Shown one piece after another: positions 8,133-17,175 of a DNA stretch of 40,822 nucleotides. Under the pieces are notes generated by a model, which saw nothing but the letters and a program-made list of their open reading frames with translations, made no database searches and was not told the DNA's origin. Source of the DNA: a virus (Duplodnaviria; Caudoviricetes); the IMG/VR virus record IMGVR_UViG_3300020235_000102, positions 1 through 40,822 of that record. One strand, written 5' to 3'. Within the stretch, counting starts at the first letter, position 1, and the number at the start of each line of letters is the position of its first letter. The translations under genes were made by a program, and so were the position numbers.

Positions 8133-8636
8133 ATGGCAAATGCTAAGAAAGAAGAAGCAGTAAAAGAGGTTCGGATTAAACCGAAGCTTGAAAATTACGT
8201 TACAGGCGTAAGCGGTTCCGGCAAGCGGACCAAGAACTGTGGTGATGAAATTGCCTCAGCGCTCGACGGTTTCACGCTGGAAGAAGTCCAAAAAGTCGCA
8301 AGTGAAATGCGCGACATACCTGTTAAGGACCTGAGCGAGAAGTACGCTCACCTTAACATCGGCCAGCAACGGATGAATCTGGGTAACTTGATTCGCGGTG
8401 CCGTTGCCAAGCTGGACAAAGCACACGACAAGGACAAGGCTGTTGTACCGGGCCTCAAGACCTTGAAGGTGCTTTGCGATCCGTTTGCCGGTGCGGTAGC
8501 CAAACGCACCAAAGCAGCAGCGGACGCTAAAGCTGTGCGTGAAGCAAAAGCTGCTAAATCGGCTGAGGCGAAAGCTGCCACTGCCAAGAAGAAAGCAGCC
8601 GACGCCAAGAAAGGCGACACTAAGAAAGCCGCTTAG
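8133..8636 (+). CDS. Putative DNA-binding protein with Lys/Ala-rich histone H1-like tail; paralog of 2642..3028
   Basis: AAGGAG RBS; YAHLNIGQQRMNLGNLIRG core; C-terminal KAAADAKA...KKKAADAKKGDTKKAA. Confidence 0.8.
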   Translation: MANAKKEEAVKEVRIKPKLENYVTGVSGSGKRTKNCGDEIASALDGFTLEEVQKVASEMRDIPVKDLSEKYAHLNIGQQRMNLGNLIRGAVAKLDKAHDKDKAVVPGLKTLKVLCDPFAGAVAKRTKAAADAKAVREAKAAKSAEAKAATAKKKAADAKKGDTKKAA

Positions 8637-8639
8637 GCG

Positions 8640-10067
8640 GTGTTCGAGTACAAAGTCCCTCCAATGGGCCACCAGTTGGTGGCCCTGCGGAAGGCGTACA
8701 GGCTGAAAGAGTACGCCTTGTTCCATGAAATGGGGACCGGTAAGACCTACACGGCAATCAATTTAGCAGCAGCGCGTTATCTAGCGGGTTTGATCGACGC
8801 GCTGGTAGTTATATGCCCAACCCCCATAAAACACATCTGGGAAGCTGAACTCGAAAAGTTCTGCCCAGTGGATTATTCATGTTGGGTATGGGAATCAGGG
8901 GACCAACTCGACCAAAAGTGGTTCAGGGTCAAGAAGGATGAGCTTAAGATTCTGGTGATCGGAGTCGAATCCCTATCAATTAAGAATGGTCGATCCACCT
9001 GTGCGATCGAATACTTCAAGCGCTTTCATCGATTTATGTGCGTTGTCGACGAATCCAGCCGCATCAAGAATTGGAAAGCAGCCCGTACCAAAGCGGTTTG
9101 TGAGGTTGGGGGCTGGGCCGAATTTAGACTCATTTTAACTGGAACACCAGTGACGCAGGGCCTTGAAGATCTGTTCGGCCAATTTCTCTTCCTGAATGCC
9201 AAGATTATCGACTGCAAGAACTACTTTGTCTTTCGCAATAAATACTGTGTGATGGGCGGATTTCAGGGTAAACAGATACTAGGTTACCAGTTTAAAGAGG
9301 ACTTGCTGGGCAAAATAGCCCCCTTCACCGATTACGTGACTAAGGAACAGTGCCTCGATCTACCTGAACAAGTCTATCCAGAACCAATATCAGTTAAACC
9401 CACCGATGAACAAAAACGTGTTATGAAACAAATGAAGACAGAATACGCGATGGAAGATCAAGGTAAAGAAATCACAGTTAGTACGGTTTTAGAGCGGACT
9501 TTACGATATCAGCAGGTCATTGGGGGTACATTCCCCTATGAGGAAGAAGATGGTACATACAAAACGATTCCTATCTCCGGAGGAAATCCTAAACTCGACG
9601 CAACTCTTGAGTACATTGGAGATATACCAGATAACGCGAAGGTTATCATATGGGCTAGGTTTGTACCAGAGATCGAATATCTTATTGAGACCATTAGGAG
9701 AGAGTACGGAGAATCCAGCGTTGTGGACTTCTATGGCGCGACAACTCCTGAACAACGCCCAATCAACAGCGAACGCTTCCAATCAGACCCTACGTGCCGT
9801 TTTATCGTCAGCAATCAGACGGTCGGCGGGTATGGACAGACTTGGACGGCTGCAACTTACGCTGTCTACTATTCCAATACATTTTCCTATGAGGATAGGT
9901 ATCAATCAGAAAGTCGGCCTCATAGAAAAGGGCAACTCAATAGGGTTACGTACCAAGATATTGAAATGGCTGTACCTCAAGACCGCATGATATTGAGGGC
10001 CATCCGGAAAAAGAGAAACCTAGCCCAAGAAGTCGAGGCGACGCTATTAGAGTCTTCGGCATCATAA
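8640..10067 (+). CDS. SNF2-family (SF2) helicase
   Basis: HEMGTGKT (motif I), VVDESS (II), LTGTP (III), GGYGQTW (V), RYQSESRPHRKGQ (VI). Confidence 0.92.
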   Translation: MFEYKVPPMGHQLVALRKAYRLKEYALFHEMGTGKTYTAINLAAARYLAGLIDALVVICPTPIKHIWEAELEKFCPVDYSCWVWESGDQLDQKWFRVKKDELKILVIGVESLSIKNGRSTCAIEYFKRFHRFMCVVDESSRIKNWKAARTKAVCEVGGWAEFRLILTGTPVTQGLEDLFGQFLFLNAKIIDCKNYFVFRNKYCVMGGFQGKQILGYQFKEDLLGKIAPFTDYVTKEQCLDLPEQVYPEPISVKPTDEQKRVMKQMKTEYAMEDQGKEITVSTVLERTLRYQQVIGGTFPYEEEDGTYKTIPISGGNPKLDATLEYIGDIPDNAKVIIWARFVPEIEYLIETIRREYGESSVVDFYGATTPEQRPINSERFQSDPTCRFIVSNQTVGGYGQTWTAATYAVYYSNTFSYEDRYQSESRPHRKGQLNRVTYQDIEMAVPQDRMILRAIRKKRNLAQEVEATLLESSAS

Positions 10068-10104
10068 ACCAATACTTGACAGAGAGGCTCGGATGTGCTA
10101 TACT
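10064..10104 (+). promoter_or_regulatory. sigma70 promoter (P5) for the replication operon
   Basis: ATAC-TTGACA (10076-10081), 17 nt, TGTGC-TATACT (10099-10104). Confidence 0.85.
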
Positions 10105-10149
10105 GGTAGACCGGGTGGGGGCCAGCCCCGCCTAACACAGGAGTAGTAA

Positions 10150-10605
10150 ATGGAAGACGACCGAAAATTGCAAGTAGAAAGCGCCCTAACAGGCGTACCT
10201 TATGACCAACTCGTAGCCGCTATGATTGCGGCCCAGAACCACCATGCTGAAATGAAGTCTGCCACAAGTGAAGCGTGGGACGAAGTTTGTCTAATTGCTC
10301 GGCAAATAATCCCTAATCGGATGGATGCTGATAATATCCAAAATATCACGGTAATCCTACCGGATGGCAGTAAAAGACAGCTCTTGATTATCGATCAGAT
10401 CAGCGTGAAAACGCCACCTGAGAAAAAGCTTGAGCTTTGGGAGTGGCTACGCAATCACAACGCAGCCGAGATAATCACTGAAACGGTGAACTCCAGCACC
10501 TTAGCGGCATACGTACGGCAGCAAATGAGAGAAGGGGACCCCTATCCCAACGACATTTGCGAAGTAAGCGCCTACGCTACCGCTTCCCTTAGAAAGGCGT
10601 CGTAA
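10150..10605 (+). CDS. Conserved phage replication-module protein (gp33-like)
   Basis: ACACAGGAG RBS. The WLRNH...IITETVNSSTLAAYVRQ pattern is typical of small proteins preceding SSB/PolA genes. Confidence 0.75.
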   Translation: MEDDRKLQVESALTGVPYDQLVAAMIAAQNHHAEMKSATSEAWDEVCLIARQIIPNRMDADNIQNITVILPDGSKRQLLIIDQISVKTPPEKKLELWEWLRNHNAAEIITETVNSSTLAAYVRQQMREGDPYPNDICEVSAYATASLRKAS

Positions 10606-10790
10606 ATGACTCCTGTGTGTGGGTTATGATCCCCCCTATCTGCCAATTGGATCACTTAGCGCGACTAGGATTAAGAGTCACTGATTATGTTACGGGACCC
10701 CCTCGCTGGCGTAGCTGGAGTCGCGCTACTTATTTACACGGCAATTGGCTCCGCCGTAAGGGAGCCTAGAACCTAAGTTAGGAGAAAGAA
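10606..10790 (+). ncRNA. Candidate structured RNA or leader
   Basis: 185-nt gap with stems 10657-10666/10719-10728, 10642-10649/10742-10749 and 10747-10752/10761-10766. Confidence 0.4.
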
Positions 10791-10791
10791 A

Positions 10792-11559
10792 GTGGCAAAA
10801 TCCAAAGATGTAACAGTAGCAAGCCAGACAACGTTGGCTGAACGCCCAGACTACATGGGCGATAAAGGAAGGGGATCGGAAGAGGTGACTATTTCCGACA
10901 TCACGATCCCCCGGTTGTCAATGGTGCAGGACTTAAGTCCTCAGCGGAAAAAGAACAACGCTGAGTATATTGAGGGCTGCGAAGAAGGTATGCTGTTCAA
11001 TACGGTGACCAACCAGCTTTATCCAGAGTCGGTCCTGTTTGTCCCGGTGTACTTTCGTCTGGAGTGGTTAGTTTGGAAGCATCGGGATGCCGGTGGTGGT
11101 TTGCAGGGAGTGTGTGCGACGCAAGACGAGGCAGTAGCCTTAGTCGCTGATCATCCACTCGCAGGGCAAATGACCGACAAGAAAGAGCCGGTACTCGAAG
11201 TTCAAGACACGGCCCAGCATTTTGGGCTGCTGTTGGACCCTGACTCACCCGCCGAAGCACCACACGCTACTGAGATTGTTGTATCGATGTCGAAGTCGCA
11301 GTTGAAGCCTAGTCGGCAACTCAACAGCCAAATCCGCATTGCCGGGGGCGACCGTTTTGAACGGTACTACCGGTTAAGTGCGGTGCAGGTTGACGGGGCC
11401 AGAGGCGAGTATTACAACTGGAAAGTCGAGCAACTTGGATTCGTTAGTGAGGCAATCTTTGCGCAAGCAGAGGCCTTATACGAGTCCGTTGTCTCCGGCA
11501 AACGCGACGTAGAACGCGACGACACAACTTCCCAAGAAGAGGAAGATAGCAACATGTAA
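10792..11559 (+). CDS. Putative single-stranded DNA-binding protein
   Basis: DITIPRLSMVQDLSPQ...YIEG...GMLFNTVT pattern, an acidic C-terminal tail, and position upstream of the polymerase. Confidence 0.7.
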   Translation: MAKSKDVTVASQTTLAERPDYMGDKGRGSEEVTISDITIPRLSMVQDLSPQRKKNNAEYIEGCEEGMLFNTVTNQLYPESVLFVPVYFRLEWLVWKHRDAGGGLQGVCATQDEAVALVADHPLAGQMTDKKEPVLEVQDTAQHFGLLLDPDSPAEAPHATEIVVSMSKSQLKPSRQLNSQIRIAGGDRFERYYRLSAVQVDGARGEYYNWKVEQLGFVSEAIFAQAEALYESVVSGKRDVERDDTTSQEEEDSNM

Positions 11560-11566
11560 GTAATTT

Positions 11567-11593
11567 GGGGTCCCGAGGTCGGGACCCCTCTTT
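11567..11593 (+). terminator. Rho-independent terminator
   Basis: GGGGTCCCG-AGGT-CGGGACCCC followed by TCTTT. Confidence 0.65.
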
Positions 11594-11614
11594 CATCGCC
11601 ACAGGAGTAAGGTT

Positions 11615-11881
11615 ATGGCCTTCGAGCATAGAGACAACACCGGGTCCATCTTCAAAAATCAGTACAAAACCAAAGATAAGCACCCGGATCACCAAGGTGG
11701 TTGCAAGATCATCTGCGAAAAGTGTGGTCACGCAACCGAGCTACGCATTTCTGCGTGGGTCAATGACCTCAAAGATAATGCGGGTAAATACTTCGGCCTA
11801 GTGTTTAGTAAGCACCAAGCCAAGGAGCAATCCACCCCGGTACGCACAGAAGAAGATTTCGACGACGATATCCCCTTCTAA
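11615..11881 (+). CDS. Small ssDNA-binding-type protein (DUF736-like) with CxxC and an SSB-like DDDIPF tail
   Basis: GSIFKN...KHPDHQG...ISAW...GKYFGL; CEKC; ends EEDFDDDIPF. Confidence 0.75.
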   Translation: MAFEHRDNTGSIFKNQYKTKDKHPDHQGGCKIICEKCGHATELRISAWVNDLKDNAGKYFGLVFSKHQAKEQSTPVRTEEDFDDDIPF

Positions 11882-13725
11882 TGTACCCGGATTTGTCCCG
11901 CTATCCGTACTTTGCGTACGATACCGAGACTACCGGGTTACGCTATCCAGTAGATAAGGCCTTTGCCTGTTCTATTGCCGTGCCCGGTGGAGATTCGTGG
12001 TACTTCGATTTCCGGCGACAGCCAAAAGCCATCGAGTGGCTGAATGATTCTTTTGAACGATTGTCCGAAAGTGCCCACATCATTTGCCACAACGCGCCAT
12101 TTGACGTGTCGATGTCGGCTGTCGCCGGGATCAATATCCCCTTATGCCTACTTGACGACACGGTGGTAAGAGCCTGTCTAATCAATGAACACGAAGCCTC
12201 CATATTCCCATGGAATAGGCACAAAAAGCCCGGGGGCTACAGTTTAGACTACCTTTGCCGCAAGTACATAGGCAAGGGTAAGAAGGAAATTGATGTCACA
12301 AACATAGCCGACCTCCCCTATGAAGAGGCTGCTGAATACGGGGCATGGGACGCTGTATTGGCTCTTGAACTTTGGGAGTGGCAGGAAAAGCAAATTAAGG
12401 ACCAAAATCTCTACCGGATCACGGAGCTTGAACGGCGTTGTATGCCAATTATCATTGAGTCCCAAATGGCCGGACTCAGAGTGGACCTTGACGAAACTGA
12501 ACGGGCGATGGAGGCAATGACCCCTCATATCGCTGATTTGCAACACCAAATGAATGACATAGCGGGGTGGGACTTCAACGTTAATTCCGGCCCCCAGATG
12601 ATTAAGCTGTTTGACCCGACCAAGACCAATTCGGGCTGGTGGGTTGGGCGCAATAGGATTGGAACAACGGACAAGGGTGCACCCTCGTTCAAGAAGGAGT
12701 ATCTTGAAGAACTTGCAGAGTTTGACCCACGTGCCAGAATGGTCACCGACATTAGGTCCGCTCTTAAGACCCGGGATACTTTCCTCGCTAAACATATACT
12801 TGAACATGCGATCGGGGATCGAGTTTACCCGACTATCAATCAAACTGTCCGGGAAACAGGTGGTACGAAATGGGGGCGATTATCCTATGTAGACCCGGCC
12901 ATGCAACAAATCCCATCCCGTGACAAGACTACAGCGGCTATCGTTAAGCCTTGCTTTTTACCAGATGTGGGGCAATGTTGGCTAGACTATGACTTGGCTA
13001 GCTTCGAGGTTAGAGTCTTTGCGGCACTCGTTGGGATGTATAATGACCATCTAGTTAAGTTATATCAGAAGAATCCACGACTAGATTTCCATCAAATGGT
13101 AGCGGACTTGACCGGGTTGAAGCGCAATGCGGAGTACGGTGGGGAGCCTAACGCTAAACAATTAAATCTCAGCATGATCTTTTCCCAAGGTGCTGGGGCA
13201 ACCGCCCAGAAGATGGGCATGGAGACAACAGATGCTGAATTCACAGATCAATGGGGAGACAAGATTAAATATCAACGTGCCGGGAACGATGCTTACCGAA
13301 TTATCGATAAATATCACTCTAAAGTACGTGGAGTCCGAAAGTTGGCTGAGACAGCTAGAAGAGTGGCTGAAACACGAGGGTATCTCCGAACTAAGTTTGG
13401 ACGCCACATTCGTTTCCCGAAACGGTACAAAAGTTACAAAGCAAGTGGCATACTCATTCAAGCCACCTCCGCCGACATAAATAAGGAGAATTGGTACCTC
13501 ATTGACGGGGCTTTGAATGGACACGGGCGGATAGTTCTCAACACGCACGATAGTTATAGCATGTCAGTTGATATAGACAAGTTGGAAGAGTTAAAAAAGG
13601 ACATAGTAGGGGCAATTGAGCGAGAATTCTTAGGTGTACCGCTCCTACTTGATTTGAATGGGGTTGGGTCGAACTGGTGGTCGGCCTTAAAGAATGAGGG
13701 GATAGAAGGTGCTGTTACCGATTAA
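11881..13725 (+). CDS. dpoZ: Family A DNA polymerase with 3'-5' exonuclease, DpoZ-like
   Basis: Exo motifs YDTETTG, HNAPFD and YGAWD. Pol motifs GRLSYVDPAMQQIP, A = DLASFEVR, B = NAKQLNLSMIF, C = THDS. Linked to purZ. The PolA call is firm; the dpoZ name is inferred. Confidence 0.85.
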   Translation: MYPDLSRYPYFAYDTETTGLRYPVDKAFACSIAVPGGDSWYFDFRRQPKAIEWLNDSFERLSESAHIICHNAPFDVSMSAVAGINIPLCLLDDTVVRACLINEHEASIFPWNRHKKPGGYSLDYLCRKYIGKGKKEIDVTNIADLPYEEAAEYGAWDAVLALELWEWQEKQIKDQNLYRITELERRCMPIIIESQMAGLRVDLDETERAMEAMTPHIADLQHQMNDIAGWDFNVNSGPQMIKLFDPTKTNSGWWVGRNRIGTTDKGAPSFKKEYLEELAEFDPRARMVTDIRSALKTRDTFLAKHILEHAIGDRVYPTINQTVRETGGTKWGRLSYVDPAMQQIPSRDKTTAAIVKPCFLPDVGQCWLDYDLASFEVRVFAALVGMYNDHLVKLYQKNPRLDFHQMVADLTGLKRNAEYGGEPNAKQLNLSMIFSQGAGATAQKMGMETTDAEFTDQWGDKIKYQRAGNDAYRIIDKYHSKVRGVRKLAETARRVAETRGYLRTKFGRHIRFPKRYKSYKASGILIQATSADINKENWYLIDGALNGHGRIVLNTHDSYSMSVDIDKLEELKKDIVGAIEREFLGVPLLLDLNGVGSNWWSALKNEGIEGAVTD

Positions 13726-15886
13726 CGATGTCCGGGATATTGACCGGATCAAAGATTTCAATACTAAAATACATCAAGCTGCAAGACTGTACGCGGACAA
13801 TGGAATACCAGTCGTACCCTTGCGACCGAATAGCAAAATCCTGCCCGAACGAAAAACGGGCATCAATTACTTTTCAAGCTCTACCAAACCAAAGACCATG
13901 GATAAATGGTTCGGCCCCGATGGGCGATACCAAGGTTGGAATATAGGTGTGGTTTGCGGGGCTGAGGTCTTTGTAGTCGACCTCGACTTACATGGCCGGG
14001 AGAATGGACTTGAAAATTGGGATGAATTTAGGGGTGATAATAATATCAATTGCCCTACCGCCCAGACACCCACGGGGGGTCGACACTTATACATGCGGTG
14101 GCGGGACAACCTTACGAGTAGCTCCGGGAAGCTCGCCCGGGGTGTCGATACCCGGGGAGGCGACGGGAAGCCCCGCTCGCATGTAGTCTGTTGGCCCTCG
14201 GTGACAGAGGATGGGTCCTATAGCTGGCTGACCGGGGGCGACATACCCGATACGCCAGAGTGGATATCGGACGCGATGGGGATACCTTGGTCCGCTAAAC
14301 CGGGCCGTGGCAATGAGGAGGTCGGGCAGGACGACGAAGAATTTAAATATGAGCTACATCAAGTTGCCGCCATGCTGGACCACATTGACACCAACGTTTT
14401 ATCGTACGAGGAATGGTTATTTGTGGGACAGGCGATTAATAGTCAGCACCCTAATAAAGATGGACTCCAACTTTGGGACGCGTGGTCGGCCAATGGCGAC
14501 CGTTACGTACAGGGGGAGTGCCAAAAACGCTGGCCCGGATTTAATCCCTCTGGCCCCATACGAATTGGGTCACTTGTTTATTTCGCTAAACAGGGTGGAT
14601 ACGACCCAAGCAGCGACCCTGCGCGCTCTGGGGACTTTGAAGACTTAGTGGATCGGATGAACGAAGATAATGCTGTCCTGCTAACCGGGGGTAAAGTACG
14701 TATTATCCACCGAACCAAGGATGGTGGAATTCACATATTAGGGACGGGTGACTTCAACACCCTGATGTTCAACAAAATAGTGACCATACCCAATAAAAAA
14801 AGTCGAACCACCGAAGCTGACATTTGGATGGGCCACCCAATGCGCCGGGAGTGCATAATGGGTATGGGCTTCTTCCCGGATGAACCACTGTGGCATGAAG
14901 GTTATGTTAACATGTGGCGAGGCTGGGGAGTTGACCCGGTGGAGGGGAACTGGGATATGTTCAAACTCCATATTCACAAAATCCTGTGCGATGGAAATGA
15001 GGAGTTGTCCAATTTCGTCTATGATTGGATGGCCGACATGATACAAGACCCGATGGACCCCAAGGGCACCGCAATCGTGATGCACGGCAAGGAGGGAACT
15101 GGTAAGGGGACCTTCTGCGAGATACTGGGTAAGATGGTGGGACGGAATCACTATGCACACGTGACAAATGAGCGCCACCTAACGGGCAACTTCAACTACC
15201 TATTTATGGAGTCACTATTCGTATTCGCAGACGAGGTAATCTACGGAGGCTCAAGATCAACGGCTGGTATACTCAAGGCGATGGTTACTGAAAAGCAGTT
15301 GGTGTGTGAACGTAAGGGTCTTGACCCCTTTATGTACGATAATCGCATCCGACTTGCTGTAGCCTCCAATGAGGATTGGTTCATACCCGCAGGGCCGGAG
15401 TCAAGACGGTGGCTCGTGCTGGAACTCAATGACGAGAAAGCAAATGATCGCAATTACTTCAATAAACTCTACACTCAAATGTACGAAGAGGGCGGGTTAG
15501 AGGCAATGATGTACGATTTACAGACCCGCAAGATTAAGAGTAATTTGACCAAGGCGATAGTAACTGAAGCGCTTAAAGCTCAGCGGGACATTTACCGATC
15601 CACTGGCGATTCAGTTGATATGTGGATGGACGAGTGTGTTGGTAAAGCCGATCTTGGAGTCCCGGACGAGGGACAAGGAGGTTGGCCAGATGAAGCCGAT
15701 AGAATGACCCTATTCGAAGCCTACAACGCTTGGGCCAAAGATGGGAAAATAAGAACTAAGGGCACAGCCCACTTTTATAGGAAGCTAGAAGGATATGGAT
15801 TTGTTAACTTTAGACCAAGAACCGATGGGGTCAGGAAACAGCGGTACAAAATCCCTCCCCATGCCAAATTCACAACCGAAAGTTGA
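13709..15886 (+). CDS. Primase-helicase: Prim-Pol (AEP) domain, PriCT-2 and P-loop NTPase
   Basis: NIGVVCG, VVDLDLH, TPTGGRHLY (Prim-Pol); YEEWLFVGQAI...WDAWS (PriCT-2); GKEGTGKGT and VFADE (NTPase). Confidence 0.9.
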   Translation: MLLPINDVRDIDRIKDFNTKIHQAARLYADNGIPVVPLRPNSKILPERKTGINYFSSSTKPKTMDKWFGPDGRYQGWNIGVVCGAEVFVVDLDLHGRENGLENWDEFRGDNNINCPTAQTPTGGRHLYMRWRDNLTSSSGKLARGVDTRGGDGKPRSHVVCWPSVTEDGSYSWLTGGDIPDTPEWISDAMGIPWSAKPGRGNEEVGQDDEEFKYELHQVAAMLDHIDTNVLSYEEWLFVGQAINSQHPNKDGLQLWDAWSANGDRYVQGECQKRWPGFNPSGPIRIGSLVYFAKQGGYDPSSDPARSGDFEDLVDRMNEDNAVLLTGGKVRIIHRTKDGGIHILGTGDFNTLMFNKIVTIPNKKSRTTEADIWMGHPMRRECIMGMGFFPDEPLWHEGYVNMWRGWGVDPVEGNWDMFKLHIHKILCDGNEELSNFVYDWMADMIQDPMDPKGTAIVMHGKEGTGKGTFCEILGKMVGRNHYAHVTNERHLTGNFNYLFMESLFVFADEVIYGGSRSTAGILKAMVTEKQLVCERKGLDPFMYDNRIRLAVASNEDWFIPAGPESRRWLVLELNDEKANDRNYFNKLYTQMYEEGGLEAMMYDLQTRKIKSNLTKAIVTEALKAQRDIYRSTGDSVDMWMDECVGKADLGVPDEGQGGWPDEADRMTLFEAYNAWAKDGKIRTKGTAHFYRKLEGYGFVNFRPRTDGVRKQRYKIPPHAKFTTES

Positions 15887-16844
15887 TCTAGTACTTGATC
15901 TTCAATTCGGTAGTACGGGCAAGGGGCTGATCTGCGGCTACTTGGGTGAATCGGGCGAGCATGATACTTGCATGACGGCTAACATGCCGAATGCTGGGCA
16001 TACTTACATCAATAAGAAGGGGACAAAGTACATATTTAAGGTGCTACCAAGTTCGGCGGTTTGCCCTAGTATCAAAACGGTGATGATCGGCCCGGGCGCG
16101 GTATTTGACTTAGACCGGCTAAAACAGGAAATGGTATTTCTTAGAGCGGACCAAACTCTTCGAATTCACCCTGCTGCAATGGTGCTGATGCCAGAACATC
16201 GGAAAAAAGAAATGGCGACATTAGGCCACATCGCCAGTACGTGCCAAGGTAGCGCAGCTGCCATGGTGGACAAGATATGGAGGAGTAACCCATCCATCGC
16301 CAAAGACGTGCTTAGAGACACCAAATTTGAACAGTACCTTTGTCCCAACGCTGAATGGCAGATGCGATTAGCAATGTCAGACGGTATACTTGCAGAGGGG
16401 TCGCAGGGCTATAGTCTCGGGATTAATACTCACTTCTATCCCTATACTACCAGTCGTGATTGTGGACCTGCGGCCTTTCTCTCTAACATGGGCATACCAC
16501 TTGGCATGCTCAGTCGAATAATCGGCACCTGTCGTACCCTGCCAATCCGTGTTGGGGGCAACAGTGGCGATTGTTATCCGGATCAGGAGGAGTTAGATTG
16601 GGACGAATTAGGTCTCGAACCTGAATTGACGACTGTCACCAACCGGGTACGCCGCATCTTTACTTACAGTAAGTTGCAAATCGAGGAGGCCATTTGGTGG
16701 TGTGACCCTGATTTGGTCTTCCTCAACTTCGCCAATTACGTCGAAGCGGACTACGTAAAGAATATCGTAGCTCATATTGACGCTTTCAGTACGGTTAGGT
16801 GGGTCGGATTTGGCCCAGCCTATGACGACATAGGAGTGATATAA
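15861..16844 (+). CDS. purZ: PurZ, 2-amino-deoxyadenylosuccinate synthetase (PurA paralog)
   Basis: DLQFGSTGKG (Ser in place of the Asp of PurA GDEGKG), NAGHT, EGSQG, YPYTTSRD, TTVTNRVRRIF, and NFANY in place of the PurA TKLD motif. The start is uncertain (15795, 15825 or 15861). Confidence 0.93.
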   Translation: MPNSQPKVDLVLDLQFGSTGKGLICGYLGESGEHDTCMTANMPNAGHTYINKKGTKYIFKVLPSSAVCPSIKTVMIGPGAVFDLDRLKQEMVFLRADQTLRIHPAAMVLMPEHRKKEMATLGHIASTCQGSAAAMVDKIWRSNPSIAKDVLRDTKFEQYLCPNAEWQMRLAMSDGILAEGSQGYSLGINTHFYPYTTSRDCGPAAFLSNMGIPLGMLSRIIGTCRTLPIRVGGNSGDCYPDQEELDWDELGLEPELTTVTNRVRRIFTYSKLQIEEAIWWCDPDLVFLNFANYVEADYVKNIVAHIDAFSTVRWVGFGPAYDDIGVI

Positions 16845-17173
16845 TGGAGGATGTACCAATAGGTAATAGCCTCGCTGACATTAGGGTAATTTCTAAGGCC
16901 ATCAAAAAATGGGCTGATGAAGTTATGCCCCATCGTTTGCCAGCAGACGCAATCAAGAAACTCTCAATGGAGGAAGTGCCAGAGTTATGGAGAGCTTTAA
17001 AGGACTATGGGACAGTAGACCCCGGTGAAATAGCCGATGTCCTGATCCTTGCCCTTGACATCTGTGAATTGTCCAAAATTGACCCACTAGAGGCGATACA
17101 TGATAAGATGATCATCAATATGGGTCGAACATGGAAGTTTGAACACGGGGTATTACAACACGTGGAGGAATAG
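16844..17173 (+). CDS. mazZ: MazG-like nucleotide pyrophosphohydrolase (MazZ, (d)GTPase)
   Basis: KLSMEEVPEL...DPGEIADVLILALD...AIHDKMIINMGRTW...GVLQH closely resembles cyanophage S-2L MazZ as I recall it. Coupled to purZ by TAATG. Confidence 0.85.
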   Translation: MEDVPIGNSLADIRVISKAIKKWADEVMPHRLPADAIKKLSMEEVPELWRALKDYGTVDPGEIADVLILALDICELSKIDPLEAIHDKMIINMGRTWKFEHGVLQHVEE

Positions 17174-17175
17174 AT

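Noticed and set aside
10606-10790. tRNA gene
   Set aside because: No cloverleaf, T-loop GTTC motif or CCA end is recognisable.
15861-16844. Ordinary purA auxiliary metabolic gene
   Set aside because: It lacks the PurA catalytic Asp and the TKLD motif, is short, and is coupled to a MazZ-like gene.
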